Of a stretch of DNA of 64,000 bases, positions 42,289-57,768 are shown one piece after another. Both the position numbers and the translations under genes were made by a program. The first letter of the stretch is position 1. The number at the start of each line of letters is the position of its first letter. The stretch comes from Octopus vulgaris (lineage: Eukaryota): the NCBI GenBank assembly GCA_951406725.2, contig OX597821.1:15376001-15440000 (forward strand), given 5' to 3'. The notes under the pieces were generated by a model, which made no database searches, had not been told where the DNA came from, and worked only from the letters and a program-made list of their open reading frames with translations.

Positions 42289-43337
42289 CTATCGATAAAT
42301 GTGAGAAGACATGTAGATTATGCATCATTAGAAAAGCTTAGTCTGACTGTTTTGTTTTTCAAACTAAATAAATTCATATGTATTAATTAGATGATGGCTA
42401 TAGACCGAAATCCAACTGCCACCCTGTACTCTGAGCAGCTAAGGCAGAATCCCCTCTAAACGGGAATCGAAACCACGAACTCCCGATTGTGAGTACAGCA
42501 CCTTGACCAATGCGACACGCACTTCTCTCCCACCACATATATATGATGTTAAAATAGATGATTATGTATAATCCCTATTATATATATTTATCACAGTAAT
42601 GAATGAAATAAGTTAAATTCAAAGCCAGTCAATACAAGCATGGAATTTCAAGGCCTATGTTATCTTTTCTGTGTGAAATACAGCGAAAGATACGTAAAAT
42701 TTCCGATTCTGAAATGCCTATGGTCGGATGATTATATTACAAAAGTCACCTTCATCAGCTTTTACATGGCTCAAATGCATTAAGAGCTTAAATGAAGTGC
42801 CCAAACAGGTAATAGAATCTGAGATTTTACTTCAACGTATTGGTGTTTGCTTTACTACAAATCATTCTTACATTGAGAATGAGACATCTGGGAGAGATGA
42901 AATAATTTATGAGTCCATACCATCTTTATACAGACTTAAATATATACAGCAATTAACATCGTAGTGTTGTCTAACTCCTCTGCAAAAAGCACGTTAAACC
43001 AAACTGTTGCCAAAATGTAAATCTTAACTTAATTATATAATTGCTTAACCCGCATTTCATCAATTACATCAAGTTTATTTAAATACCAAATCCATGAAAG
43101 AAAAATCCGAGCATATTCAAATACCGACCATAATTTTTTGTCCATATAATCCTTGACAAGCTATATTTTCCGTACCGAAATAACTATGTTCGAAAGCATA
43201 AGAACGTTCAGCTTTAAGTATAACACCTATTTGTTAGATGAAGTTACTAAATTACATACAATTCGTTGTGCTGAAGGCCGCAATCAGAAATGCATCTAAG
43301 AATATACGAAATACATACACATATATATATTTCAATG

Positions 43338-43339
<2 letters not shown>

Positions 43340-43400
<61 letters not shown>

Positions 43401-43430
43401 GAAGAGAAAGGCGGAGAGAGAATAAGAGAG
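43340..43430. repeat. (GA)n microsatellite
   Basis: Direct inspection. Confidence 0.95.
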
Positions 43431-44009
43431 ATGTATATAGCTGCTTTGATAGATAGACAGTGAAAGGAGTGGATGAGTAGCTGTGATGCTATCTTCATTA
43501 TTCTTACGCTGCGAGTTCGATACCTGAATCAGAGCGGTCGTGGTATCTGAGAAAAAACGCTTTTTTCCCGTTTGATGTAATTATACTCAGAGGAAAATTG
43601 GGTTTTAACCGAGTAGTGTTGCATTCCTCTGTGCTTTGAGCTGAAACATCAAGGATGTTTCAGCTAGATCAATGTTGGGCGACCTGGTGGATGTTTATCT
43701 ACTTGCAACTACATAGGCACATAAAAAATGACAGAAAGCTTTGTAGTTGCTGCAAAGTTATAACTCGCTTGCGAATATGATTAGAGATATACACACTCAC
43801 ATATAGACACATATATAGTCACATATATAATATATAGACATATATTATACACACACTCATACATGGATGCAGTTTTAAATTGTTTTAATATTTATTACGT
43901 GCCTTATAAAATAAGAATCAGTTGAATACTGGGGTAGATGTAAACGACTTACTCTCTCCACAATTGCTGGCTGTGTGCCAAACTTCAAACCAATATTTAT
44001 TACATGGCT

Positions 44010-44228
44010 TTAAGGCGTTGAACTTACTGGGTCGTTAGTACGCTGAGCTAAAATGCTTAGCAGTCTTTCATCCGAATTCACGCTCTGAATTCAAATTCCG
44101 CCATGGTTGACTTTGCCTATCATGCCTTCGGAGTCGATAAAATAAGAACTAATCAAGCACAGGGATCTATGTAATGGACCTGCCCTCCCTCATGAAATTG
44201 CCGGCCTTGTGCCAAAATTTGAAACCAA
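44010..44228 (+). mobile_element. SINE B
   Basis: ttcaaattccgccatggttgactttgcctatcatgccttcggagtcgataaaataag...ggccttgtgccaaaatttgaaacc. Confidence 0.85.
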
Positions 44229-45571
44229 TTTTTACTACATGCCAAATATTCTTTAGGAAAATGACATAAAATCGATGCTGTATAGTCCAGTGAAGCATGT
44301 CTCGTACACACTTTAGACATAGTTTATTGAGCAGAAGTAGATGAAAAAATTAGGACGGAGTTGCCTGATTTCTTTAAGAAAATAAAGGGACAAAAAGAAT
44401 GTGTTCAGAAATATTAGTCTTGCTATTTTGAATTTCTGTTAGCTAGTTGCATTATTATTTGATTCAACATTGATTTCTAGCACTTTATCACAAATTAGCG
44501 ATTGATTCAATCGAGATTAGTATTCATTTTAGAGTCTCCAGAATGACTGGAAATCAGAATCGAAGAGAATTAACTAATCGTAAAGTGATATTGCGTTTGA
44601 CACTGTACCACTTTTGCCAATCATTACATTTTATTTATTTATTTTAAAGATAGAACATCGATATCATGGAATTTTGGATCGAAAGCCTTTCAAGATTACT
44701 GATTTTTCCGAACCAGGTTTGGTCCACCTTGGTCAGCATAATCTAAGTTTAAGAAATTTTTTTGTTTTCAAATTTTGCCTGACGCGCTAAAAATTCTTCC
44801 GGGTTCGCCGCCTTTAAGGTAAAGAAATATTGCATGTAACTTAAATAATTAGATGGATTAAGATACACCAACATTAGTATGATTGATACAAGTTTATTAA
44901 TTCTATACTATGTAAGGCACCAACAAGCTCTTGGTCTAATACAGAGTACACTGGACGACGTGCGAGACGCTAGTCGACAAACGCAAATGCTCCACTACTT
45001 TTTAGCGAATGATCTCATTGCCTGTGCGCAAGTCTTTGGTTCCTCCTGCAGGGAGTCTATTTTTCTCTCAGGAGTCCGGCACCGTCTCTATGCTCGTTTG
45101 TCTTTCTTGAACGGGAAAATATGTTCCCACAAAACACCTGAGGTAATTTCGAGATATTTGAAATATATCTAAGGAATACACCTATGTTAACAAATAGCAT
45201 CTGGGCAGGTATAATATGAAGGATGTCTAAAATAAATAGCAGTTATAATTTTTAGAGTAACACATTGGACGTATAACAATCTCAACCTCAAAAAGAATTG
45301 CTCAATGGTAAAAAGATCGCCGTTCACAGATTAAAATTTGTTTGACCTATCAGGTTATTTCCTAGATAAACTAACTTCCACAAAGGTCAAGATCATATGT
45401 TTAGCTATCACTCCCAAAAATCTATGAAGCGCTCGTCAATCGACCGTAGCATTTCCATGTCAATACCCGCAATTACTAGAAACTTGTTAAGCAGCTTTTA
45501 TCTTCTGTGGATCGAACTAACGTCGGATTTAACTAGATTTCCTATTGAAATGACGTTCATGATTGACCATA

Positions 45572-45621
<50 letters not shown>

Positions 45622-45861
45622 AAATGGATGTATGTATATGTCAATGTGTTTGTGCAAGAGCACCCGTGTGTGCATGGTTACGAGTGCGCGTGTGTATGTG
45701 TGTAAGTAGCGGGTCAATGACACACCGTTGGTGATTAGACAAATAAAATACTGATAACATCAGCAATATAAAGAAAAATGTACTATTGGCATATTATAAT
45801 TTTGCAAGTGATGGAAGACAGTGGCTGCCGTAAGCTAATGACTGAAGCAAATTAGAGATAA

Positions 45862-45932
<71 letters not shown>

Positions 45933-45958
45933 TGTGTGTGTGTGTATGTATGTATGTA

Positions 45959-46855
45959 CGAGATCTGATCAATAAGTATCCAGACTGTTGCCGTAGTAAC
46001 GATGCTAAAACACGCAGAGGAAAGCCGCTTGACACAGATTAACCTCGGATTCCACTTTGCATACGCCATTAAGTTCTGACGTTCTAGCTCACTTCCGCTG
46101 TTTGCAGCAGTGGTTGGAAAGAACGTGTCTGGAGTGTGGTCGTCGCATTGACCATGACAGAGAAAGTTGTCATGTTGATAACTGCTCAGAGGCCTACGCA
46201 AAGTTACAGAAAGTGTATGGATAGGAGAGGGTGAGTCGCACACAAGTGCAGGAATCGTTCAAACGTTTCCAAGATGGCCAAAATAATGTCGATATTGACG
46301 AATGTTCTGGGAGACCTGCAACCAGCAGAACTAAGAAAAGCATTGCAAATGTGCGTGCAACTGTGAGGGGACATTTTCGAATCACCATCCATGAAATATC
46401 AGAGAATGTACAGATTAGCTACGTCACAGTTCCATCCATTATCATTGAAGATTTGGGTATGAGACGCGTTTTCTGCCAAGCTTGTGCCAAAACTGCTTTC
46501 AGCTGACCAAAAGGACACTCGGGTTTCAGTTGCACAACATCTCCTTGGTTGTATCGAAAACAATGAAAACTTTCTGAAAAATTTACGCAGGCCTCTCGGC
46601 AGGTATATCCAAGCTCTCGGCAAAATTTGATGCAGTTTCTCTGCTCAACTTTCTCCGTCATGATCAATGCGACGATCACATGCTACACACCTTCCTTCCA
46701 AGAACTGCTGTAAACAGTGGATGTGAGCTAGAACGTTAAAACATATTGTGCATAACCTGCAGTATTAAAAGGCCAATCTGTGCCTTGCAGCTTTACTCTG
46801 CGTGCCTCAGTTTTGTTACTATGGCAACAGTCCGGATACTTATTGATCATTCTTG
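45959..46855. mobile_element. Mariner-derived non-autonomous element with a duplicated, inverted 5' end
   Basis: TA flanks; TIR cgagatctgatcaataagtatcc / ggatacttattgatcattcttg; mariner N-terminal peptides on both strands (MTEKVEQRNCIKFC..LG; FKRFQDG..DECSGRPATS..EDLGMRRV). Confidence 0.9.
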
Positions 46856-47019
46856 TATACATATAAACAAACATACACACACACACGCGCACAAACACAC
46901 GCGCACAAACACACACATACATGTATACATTTAAACAAACTAATTGAATTATACGTATTTGTCCAAATTATTATAATTAATATTATTATTACTATTATTA
47001 TTATTATACATAAGTGCAT

Positions 47020-47061
<42 letters not shown>

Positions 47062-47068
<7 letters not shown>

Positions 47069-47568
47069 TAAATAAATGGCACAACGAAGCACCGAAAAAT
47101 AGCGATCGTATTACTGGAAAATAGCGATCGTAATAAATTCGACGCTAATGTATAGCTTCACTGCGTATGTACTAGTAAAGATGCGTGTGTGCAACAAACA
47201 TGAAAAAAATTGTCTTACCTCTAGGAAGAACATCTGAAAAATGAAAAACCTAGAAACGGATAATGCAGGACCGGTTTCAGACTCTTCAAAATACGTTTGC
47301 CAACGTATATTTGATTTGTCCTCATCAGCTGCATAAACCTGGACAACATTTCAAATGTTGCCACATCTATGCCAGTACACTCGTCTGAACGCCAAAACGT
47401 TAAGAGAACGAGAACAGTGAAGAAGTTTCAATGAAAATAGTAATGCAATACGAAAGTATTGCTTTCCAGTAAAGGATAGCCCTTAAGGGTAAAATTATAC
47501 ATATAAAAGTAAATAAATGGCACAACGAAGCACCGATATTTACTTTCGTATTGCATTACACTTTTCAT
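47062..47568 (-). mobile_element. (TA)n-nested retrozyme/pLTR-like element with ~34-bp direct repeats
   Basis: ataaaagtaaataaatggcacaacgaagcaccga at about 47062 and 47503; short inverted copy of 47431-47457 at about 47542-47568. Confidence 0.75.
47263..47334 (-). ncRNA. Type I hammerhead ribozyme motif, intact core
   Basis: atgcag-CTGATGA-ggac-(long hairpin)-gtct-GAAA-ccgg-TC-ctgcat; palindromic ACCGGT helix III; GUC site. Confidence 0.85.
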
Positions 47569-47592
47569 ATATATATATATATATATATATAT

Positions 47593-47825
47593 GGAACTCC
47601 GTCAGTCACGACGACGAGAGTTCCGGTTGTTCCCATCAACGGAACAGCGTGCACGTGAAATTAACACGCAAGTGGCTGAGCAATCTATGGCAATCTATAT
47701 TTATTTATGCCGTTATTTATTTATTCATTGCAATACAGATACAACTCATTTTGGCAGCGAGTCCAGTTTACGACCTCACAATTGGATCGTCAGTAGAATA
47801 CTCTAAACACTAAGCCACGAGCCTT
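47593..47825 (-). mobile_element. SINE family C-related fragments
   Basis: ctccgtc.gt.acgacgacgag.gttccggttg...caacggaacagc...cgtgaaattaac..gcaagtggctgagca. Confidence 0.75.
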
Positions 47826-48269
47826 TACACACACGCTCGCCGCAAACATACACATCGTTCTTCGATAAAGGACAAAAAAAATCCGCTACCTTTCTTCTTA
47901 CGCCTCGATTCTCAGGATTTTACATATGTGTATTCACAAAATAAACACAGGCACACACACACACACAGACTTACGTACACATATTCTTTTATTTTCTTGG
48001 ACACTAACATATCGCTTGCATACACACATGCGTTTGTGTACTTCTTGTAATCTTTCTTCGATCACTTGGCAACAGATTGTGCGTCGATTACTACAAAAGT
48101 AACACACACTTTCTTTAAGCTTAAACGAATCTAGGTCTTGTATTTATGTTCCTGACAAGGATTAAAAATACAATGTATGTCAATCTGTCGCTGCAGTTGC
48201 GTCAAGAAGAAATTATTTTTTTAATGATTACGCACCTAAGTTAGTACATGTTTTTTTTTTCTAGAACTA

Positions 48270-48477
48270 CAGTAATCCCTCGACTATCGCGGGTTTTATG
48301 TTCCAACCCCGCCCCGTGATAGATGAAAATCCGCAAAGTAGAAACAGTACTGCATTTTTGCATTATTATTTTTATAATTTTTATATATTTATTTCATTAT
48401 AAATGCAAAAGAGCACCACGGAAGAATCGACGTCATAAACCGCGATAGGTGAACCGCGATATGACGAGAGATTACTG
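48270..48477. mobile_element. pogo/Tigger-type MITE, 208 bp
   Basis: TA target duplication; TIR cagtaatccctcg..tatcgcgg / ccgcgata..cgagagattactg. Confidence 0.88.
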
Positions 48478-49249
48478 TATACTTTATCGCCGGAGAAGAG
48501 AAATAGTTCAGTGGCTAAACTACTGAGCTCAATAGTCGTATGTCATGTGTTCATATCTTCTTTGTATGTTCAATCCTTTTTTATTCTTTCTTTAGAGGTG
48601 AACACTTTATCTTTCATTGCTACCTGACACATAACTGCTCCCTAATATGTGATAAATATTTGGGAATTTCATACAAAGTAGACCATTGCCCTATACAGGG
48701 AGAGAAAGTCATTTCTCATCTCGAATACGGTATTAAGCCGATGGAAAATTTTCAGTTTTCACTTTGCTTCCTGTATATTTTTTTGTAAATTTCACTATCA
48801 TATTACATAATTTCAATGCCTTCATTAAGACAGGGTTTGATAAACTTGCTGGTGCATATCTGTGTTTTGTATGTGTCTGTGCTTTTGATGCGTGTGTACT
48901 GTATGTAAATCTGAGCACATATCAATACATTTCCCATTAAAGCTCTTGACAAAAACAATATATATTTAAGTGCGATATAACGTGCATCAAAGTAATTAGT
49001 TTAAAAAAATGCAATTATACTCAACATTAGAAGAATTTAGCGTTAATGAGAATTCTCTGTAGGAGTCTCTTTACCAATCTTGTCATTAACTGTTTTCCTT
49101 CTAATTATCGAAATATTTTCAATAGATTATGCATTCTGTTTGAGATATAAAAAAAAATTAAAATATCATCTACTCCCAGATAGCGGATAGAGAAACTGTC
49201 TCAAGATAAGGAGGTTCGCGAATATAAAAAAAGCGTTATTATTGACCAG

Positions 49250-49430
49250 GTATAGGCTACTTTTGGCATGACATAGGCTATCTTTGGCAAGGCATAGGCT
49301 AGTATTGGCAAGGTATAGGATAATTTTGGTACGGCATAGGCTGGGTTTGGCAAGGCATGGGCTATTTCTGGCAAGACATAGGCTACTTTTGGCAAGGAAT
49401 AAGCTTGGAGAAAATACAGGCTATTTTTCA
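49250..49430. repeat. 21-bp tandem repeat, about 7-8 diverged units (gcataggctacttttggcaag)
   Basis: Periodic ataggcta....tggca. Confidence 0.9.
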
Positions 49431-50460
49431 CAAGGCAAGTAGGGTTACAATTGAAGAATTTGGAAACGGACATTCACTGACCAACGGGAACCCACATGTT
49501 GTGCACACGAAGTTCATGCATTACCAAAATATATCCCTATTGATAATTATCGATTATAGCGGTAGTCATCGAAGATATTGGACAACGACAGATTACAATA
49601 GTGCACTTGCCCGAAACAGTTCGAAGAGATTAAGCATTTCATATCATGTAAGTTATCCGAGATTTAAGCATAATAGTTAAATTTCAAGTTGGAGAAGCAG
49701 AAGCTATTAATATACACATAGATTCTTAAGTTCACATCTATTTGATAATCCATGAATATATACTTCAAGTAGACGAAATGATTGGTGATGACAAAACAGT
49801 CCCAGTTTGTATATAGGTTCTGTTGTAGTAAGACAAGTCAAATTGGTAAATGGTATGCATTTAGATAAATAATCTATGAAATGACGTATTAAATATCGTA
49901 GTCAGAACATTCTGAACTGTGCATGACTGAAAGACTTTTAAGTACAGTACAGTTGTTTCCTCCGATCGACGAAGTACATTTTAGGTCGATCATCATTAGA
50001 TAATTCTTTGTCATTTCAACCCATAACCTCGAATTGCTGCTTTTCAGCTTATATCAGTTTACTTGCGTGATAAGATGTAAACATTAAATAATCTCTGTGT
50101 GCTATTTTCTGTCTGTCTGTCTCTTTTACCCTCTTACTTTATATAAATATATATATATATGCATGTCTGTGTGTGCGTGTGTGTGTTAAGTTTAGCCATA
50201 AAACTAAGATCACTGGCTTACAATTTGATCCACAGTGACAAATAATGTTATGTGATATGCCACAAATGGTAAATTATTGATTTATTGAAATTATCTATAT
50301 TTCTAAGAACTATCGCTAGGTGGCATGCCATGTAAAGACCAAATATTATCTTTGAATTTAGCCAGTATCACTTGTATACATACCATACATACTACACACA
50401 TACACGTTATATACATATACATACACCACTCAATACATATATATATATATATATATGCGT

Positions 50461-51624
50461 GCGATGTGTTCGAACTAAATTTGACGACCATTTATGTCCT
50501 CTTTTTTTCAACGATAGCTTGACGTATTGATGTAATCTTGCGAGAAGGATGATTAAATTTGTAGTTGAGAAAAAAAGTAAGCTGGTATGGAGGACTGTAA
50601 GCCATCTGAAAATTGGAAAAGCGTTATCTGCTTAATGATGATTCGTTGTAAAGAGTATAAGATATGAACAGCTTCAGCGGAGACAGAAAACCTGTGGACA
50701 GGATAACAGGATAGAACAAGCAGGGGTTCACACTGCGTTTGCACACCGGAAGTCATTTACCAACAGCAGAATAAGGTGATGGAAGATCTAAACCGGGAAA
50801 TCCAGTCTTTGGCGAGAGAGGTAAGTGTTGGAATCGATATTATAGAGATGTCTCTCAATGAGGACATTTGCTACCACTCGTGCAAGAAGTGCAATAATCA
50901 AATTCTGAGCGCCAAAGCCAAGGATAACTTTGTAAGGCAAAGGAACTCCTAAACAAGCTTAGGTATCTTGCTGAGCTGAGGATAATCTGGTTCTTTTCAG
51001 ATGAAAACAAAACTTGTATTCAGAACAAACTTTACCTATAATCCATATGATGTCCCATGTATGATGAAAACCAAATGCTCCCAAACTATGATGGTCTTTG
51101 AGTATGTCTCCTCTGACAGTGGCATGGACTCAGTTTAGAAGGCTGTGTAAAGCTGCTGCTGACTGTGGTTAATTCCCGCTGGAAAAGATTACTGCTTGCT
51201 GGAAGTATATGTGGAAGTAAGATTCGGCTCCGGGAGCAGTCTGAAGTGGTTGTCAGAGAATCGCTACGACTTCACCATTCCCAATTTCTGGCCTTTTAAT
51301 TCTCCCTACTGAAATCCGACGGACTACTGCATGTGTAAGAACAGTTGAGAAGGACACAAACCGTCCTTCCTGCTACTCCAAGGCCGAGTTGGTGGCCAAG
51401 ATGTTGGTGAACAAGATGTTCAAAGATCTTTCAAGGAACGAAATGAGGAACGCATGCACCAAGTTCCAGAACCGTCTGGGGCAGCAGTGAAAAGAGAAGG
51501 TGGGGATTGGAGCAAACTATTAGCCATAATTTAGTAGCTATTTCTTGACACTGTTATTTTTGGATGGAATATTGTTTCCATTTCTTTTTGTGCAAATCGT
51601 CAAATGTTCCTCGAAATACCAGTA
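50461..51624 (+). mobile_element. Degenerate Tc1/mariner-superfamily transposon, maT (DD37D)-like
   Basis: Relic motifs IWFFSDE, MKTK..QTMMVF, W..DSAP, NFWP.NSP..NP.DY (third catalytic residue D) and VEKDTN; diverged TIRs containing atttgacga/tcgtcaaat. Confidence 0.8.
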
Positions 51625-51658
51625 TATATACATAAACATAGATACATACACACGCATA

Positions 51659-51699
<41 letters not shown>

Positions 51700-51932
51700 A
51701 CATACATACCTACACACATATGTATGTATATATATATATAGACTTACATACCTACACACATATGTATGTATATATATATATATATATTTATAAATATATA
51801 TATATAAATGTGCGTGTCTATATGTATGTATGCATGTACGTATGTATGTAGAAGGACGTATGTGTATACATATATATATATGTGTGTGTGCATATAAATA
51901 TATATATATGTGTATGTATATATATATATATA

Positions 51933-52394
51933 TAAAATATTATTGGTGAATTGAAGAAATGGAGCTGAACGCAGATTGAACAGAAATCGTTTTATTTCAT
52001 TCTACACGTGTTTCGAAAGGCACAATTTACCAAAATACGATTGAATAATGGGACCATATTGTGTCTTTCTCTTCAGGAAGAAAATAGGAAATCCTATTTT
52101 CTTCCTGAAGAGAAAGACACAATATGGTCCCATTATTCAATCGGATTTTGGTAAATTGTGCCTTTCGAAACACGTGTAGAATGAAATAAAACGATTTCTG
52201 TTCAATCTGCGTTCAGCTCCATTTCTTCAATTCACCAATAATATTTTAATTTCAATTATCCGCACCAACGCACGGTTGCAACACCATATGGTTGTACCTC
52301 CAAACGTGCTGTTTACTGCTGTGATTTTTGCTACTAAGGTATCGGTTAAACTTTTGATTAATCTGCTACAAGATTATTCATCTTTCTATTTCAC

Positions 52395-52397
<3 letters not shown>
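51933..52397. mobile_element. (TA)n-nested fold-back element: 157-bp inverted arms (51933-52089 / 52092-52248) plus a 3' extension
   Basis: One mismatch between the arms; 2-nt loop. Confidence 0.92.
52096..52187 (+). ncRNA. Type I hammerhead ribozyme motif, intact core (mirror copy on the minus strand at about 51994-52085)
   Basis: attttcttc-CTGAAGA-gaaag.cacaat..attgtg.ctttc-GAAA-cacgtg-TA-gaatgaaat; palindromic ACACGTGT helix III; GUA site after 52178; AATAAA directly downstream. Confidence 0.82.
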
Positions 52398-52447
<50 letters not shown>

Positions 52448-52784
52448 AATATTAGGGAATAAATCCAAATTTACAAGGAAAAATCAGATTTAAGTCTTTC
52501 TTTGTTTGATTTGCATAATAGCGGATTTGTCTCTAATTTATTATAATATATATATATATATACACACTTATAGATTCGTGATGCTCAACACGTATGCCAG
52601 TGTGAAGTATTACGCGTAATACATTTGTCAAAAAATATATTCAGTACATCATATGACGAAAGAAAAGCAAGCAAATATTACTGTACCTCCTGTACATAAG
52701 GTGAAAAAAATCAATGCAATAAGAATAATATATATAAAGCAAAATAATACTAATAATGACAACACCAGCAACAACAAGAAATAA

Positions 52785-53200
52785 AAAGAAAAAATAATAA
52801 TTAGAAGAAGAAGACGAAAAAGAAGAAAAAGAAGAAGAAGAAGAAGAAGAAGAAAAAGAAGAAGAAAATGAAGAAAAGAGGAAGAAAACGAAGAAAAAGA
52901 AGAGGAAGAGGAGAAGAAGAAGAAGAAAAAAGGAGAGGAAGAAAAAGAAGAAGAAAAAGAAGAAAAAGAAGAAGAAGAAGAAGAAGAAAATGAAGAAAAA
53001 GAAGAAGAAAAAGAAGAAGAAAATGAAGAAAAAGAAGAAGAAAAAGAAGAAAAATAGGAAGAAGAAGGAGAGGAAGAAGAAAAAAAGAAGAAGAAGAAAA
53101 AGGAGATGAAGAATAAGAAGAAAAAGAAGAAGAAAAAAAGAAGAAAAGAAAAAGAAGAAAAAGAAGAGGAAAAAGAAGAAAAAGAATAATAATAAGAAGA
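52785..53200 (+). repeat. Degenerate (GAA)n polypurine tract
   Basis: About 400 bp, almost purine-only on the plus strand. Confidence 0.95.
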
Positions 53201-53549
53201 ACAAGAACAACCACAAAAACAGGATCGACGACAACAACAATCTCTGGGATAAAAATAGAGGAAAATTGAGAAAACGCATTTGACAATTATAAAATAAAAG
53301 CGTTAAAAGGGACGGAAGCAGGAGTTTCTCACTAATGTATGGAGAGTGCAGTGTCAGGTTTATGAGACGTTCATCTCCTCGCATCATCACTCTCCATGTC
53401 TTCTTACTCAACGACTCTTCACGTGTTCCCTCAAATACACACACGCACGAACACACTGTCTATACACATATTCACCTGTGAACATATTCCCCACAAATGA
53501 ATATATACGTATGCATACACACTCACACATACATATACATGCACACACA

Positions 53550-54340
<791 letters not shown>

Positions 54341-56195
54341 GCACCAGAGAATAGGACCCTATCCATATATATATATGAATATATCATAGGATATATCCCA
54401 CGAGGATATAGTGATATATACTGAACGAACAGTTCCATATAGTGAATATATCATACACACAATATATGAATATATATATATATATATGAATATATATATA
54501 TATATATATAGAGATTGACACAAACTATATTGACACAATATAGAGATTGACACAAACTGAGATTGACACAAACTCAGCTGCTGGACCTGATGGATTCCCA
54601 GCGATCCTTCTCAAATCGTGCAAACGAGCCCTTGCAAAACCGCTACAGCTTCTTTTTCAGAGCTTTCTTGCAAGTGGTAAGCTCCCAGTCAAACTGAAAG
54701 AGGGGGTAATATGCCCTATCCATAAGGGAGGTAGCAGAGCAGATGCTAAAAATTATAGGCCTATCTCTCTGACCTCACACATCAGCAAAGTCATGGAACG
54801 AATAGTCCGTAAGAAACTAATCATGTTCCTTGAAGAAAATGACTTACTGTCTGACACCCAGCATGGATTTCGACCAGGTAGAGGCTGCCTAACACAGCTC
54901 CTGCAACACTATGACTGGGTGTTGAAACAGCTACTAAATGGCTCTGATGTAATTCTTGACTTTGCAAAAGCCTTTGATAAAGCGACCATGGTATTCTGTC
55001 ACAAACTGCGTGGTCTCGGCATAGGCGGGAAACTTGCCTTCCTAAAAGACAGAAAACAGGCAGTTGTGAGCAATGGAGCCACCTCCAGGGAAACGAGCGG
55101 TGTCCCACAGGGCACTGTCTTGGGGCCACTCATAGTGGCCCTTTCAGACATGCCTTCAGTTGCTACGATGACCACTAGCTATGCAGATGACACAAAGTCT
55201 CCCACGCAATACAAAACCCTGAAAATATTGCGCATCTGCAACATGAGCTGGACACAATATACAGGTGGGCTGAGGACAACAACATGCAGTTTAATGCAGG
55301 TAAGTTCCAGGCCCTGCGCTACTGGCACACAAAGGTAAATGACGTGAAGACTGGATACACTGGCCCAGGAAGAATTGCAATCCCTGAGTCAAAATCAGTG
55401 CGTGACCTGGGCATTGACATGAGCAATGATGCATCTTTCCAAATGCATATTGCTAATCTGGTGATAAAATGCAGACGGCTAGCTGGATGGATTCTCCGAA
55501 CTTTCAGAACAAGAGAGAAGGAGACACTGATGGTCCTATGGAAAACATTTGTCCTCAGCCGCTTGGACTACTGCTCCCAACTTTGGTCACCACACAATAT
55601 AAAACAAACAGCAGAACTCGAAGCAACTCAGAGAAGCTACACAAAGAAAATCGTCTCAATGCAAAATGTCAGCTACTGGGAAAGACTGAAGGTATTAAAC
55701 CTCTTCTCCCTGGAGCGGAGGCGGGAGAGATATGCAGTGATATACATCTGGAAAATCCTGGAGGGTCTTGTCCCAAACTTTGGCATTCAAAGTTACTCCA
55801 ACCGCAGAACGGGGCGCCGCTGCGTGGTGCCAAGGATTCCAATATCACCATCAAAATACAGGTCCAGATACTGCAACAGCTTGGGTTTCAGAGGACCACA
55901 GCTCTTTAACATCCTCCTAAATGCCTGAGAGACTTACATGGTGTGGATGTGGGTTTCTTTAAAACTAAACTGGATCTCTTCTTGTTGGGAGTCCCAGATG
56001 AACCTACCTCACGACAGGAGACACGGATGCGGGCAGCAGCATCGAACCTCGTCTGCAAGTTGGTTTCAGAGGACCACAGCTTTTCAACATCCTCCCTAAA
56101 TGCCTGAGAGACTTGTTGATCAAGTGCCACGTATCAGAGGTGGCCCCAGCATGGCCGCGGCCTTCGGGCTAAAACATTTTTAAGGATTTAAGGAT
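54341..56195 (+). mobile_element. 5'-truncated CR1-group LINE copy nearly identical to 59202-61087 but with many small deletions; possible assembly artefact
   Basis: RT motifs DFAKAFD, GVPQGTVLGP and YADDTK; same (ttaagga) tail. Confidence 0.85.
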
Positions 56196-56207
56196 TTTAT
56201 ATATATA

Positions 56208-56287
<80 letters not shown>

Positions 56288-56289
56288 CA

Positions 56290-56427
56290 CACACGCGTGG
56301 AGAGCCACGATCACAAGTTATGCAGATGATACAAAAGTTTCACAGGCAATACAGAACCCTGAAGACACTAAGCACCTGCAATGTGAGCTGGACGAAATAT
56401 ACAAGTATGAAAATATAGCATGCAGTT
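56290..56427 (+). mobile_element. RT fragment from a sister LINE subfamily, inside (TA)n
   Basis: [29 protein letters not shown] versus [29 protein letters not shown]. Confidence 0.85.

Positions 56428-57764
<1,337 letters not shown>

Positions 57765-57768
<4 letters not shown>

Noticed and set aside
52641-53456. Poly-Phe/Ser ORFs (Lys/Glu/Arg-rich on the other strand)
   Set aside because: Degenerate (GAA)n tract with no coding context.
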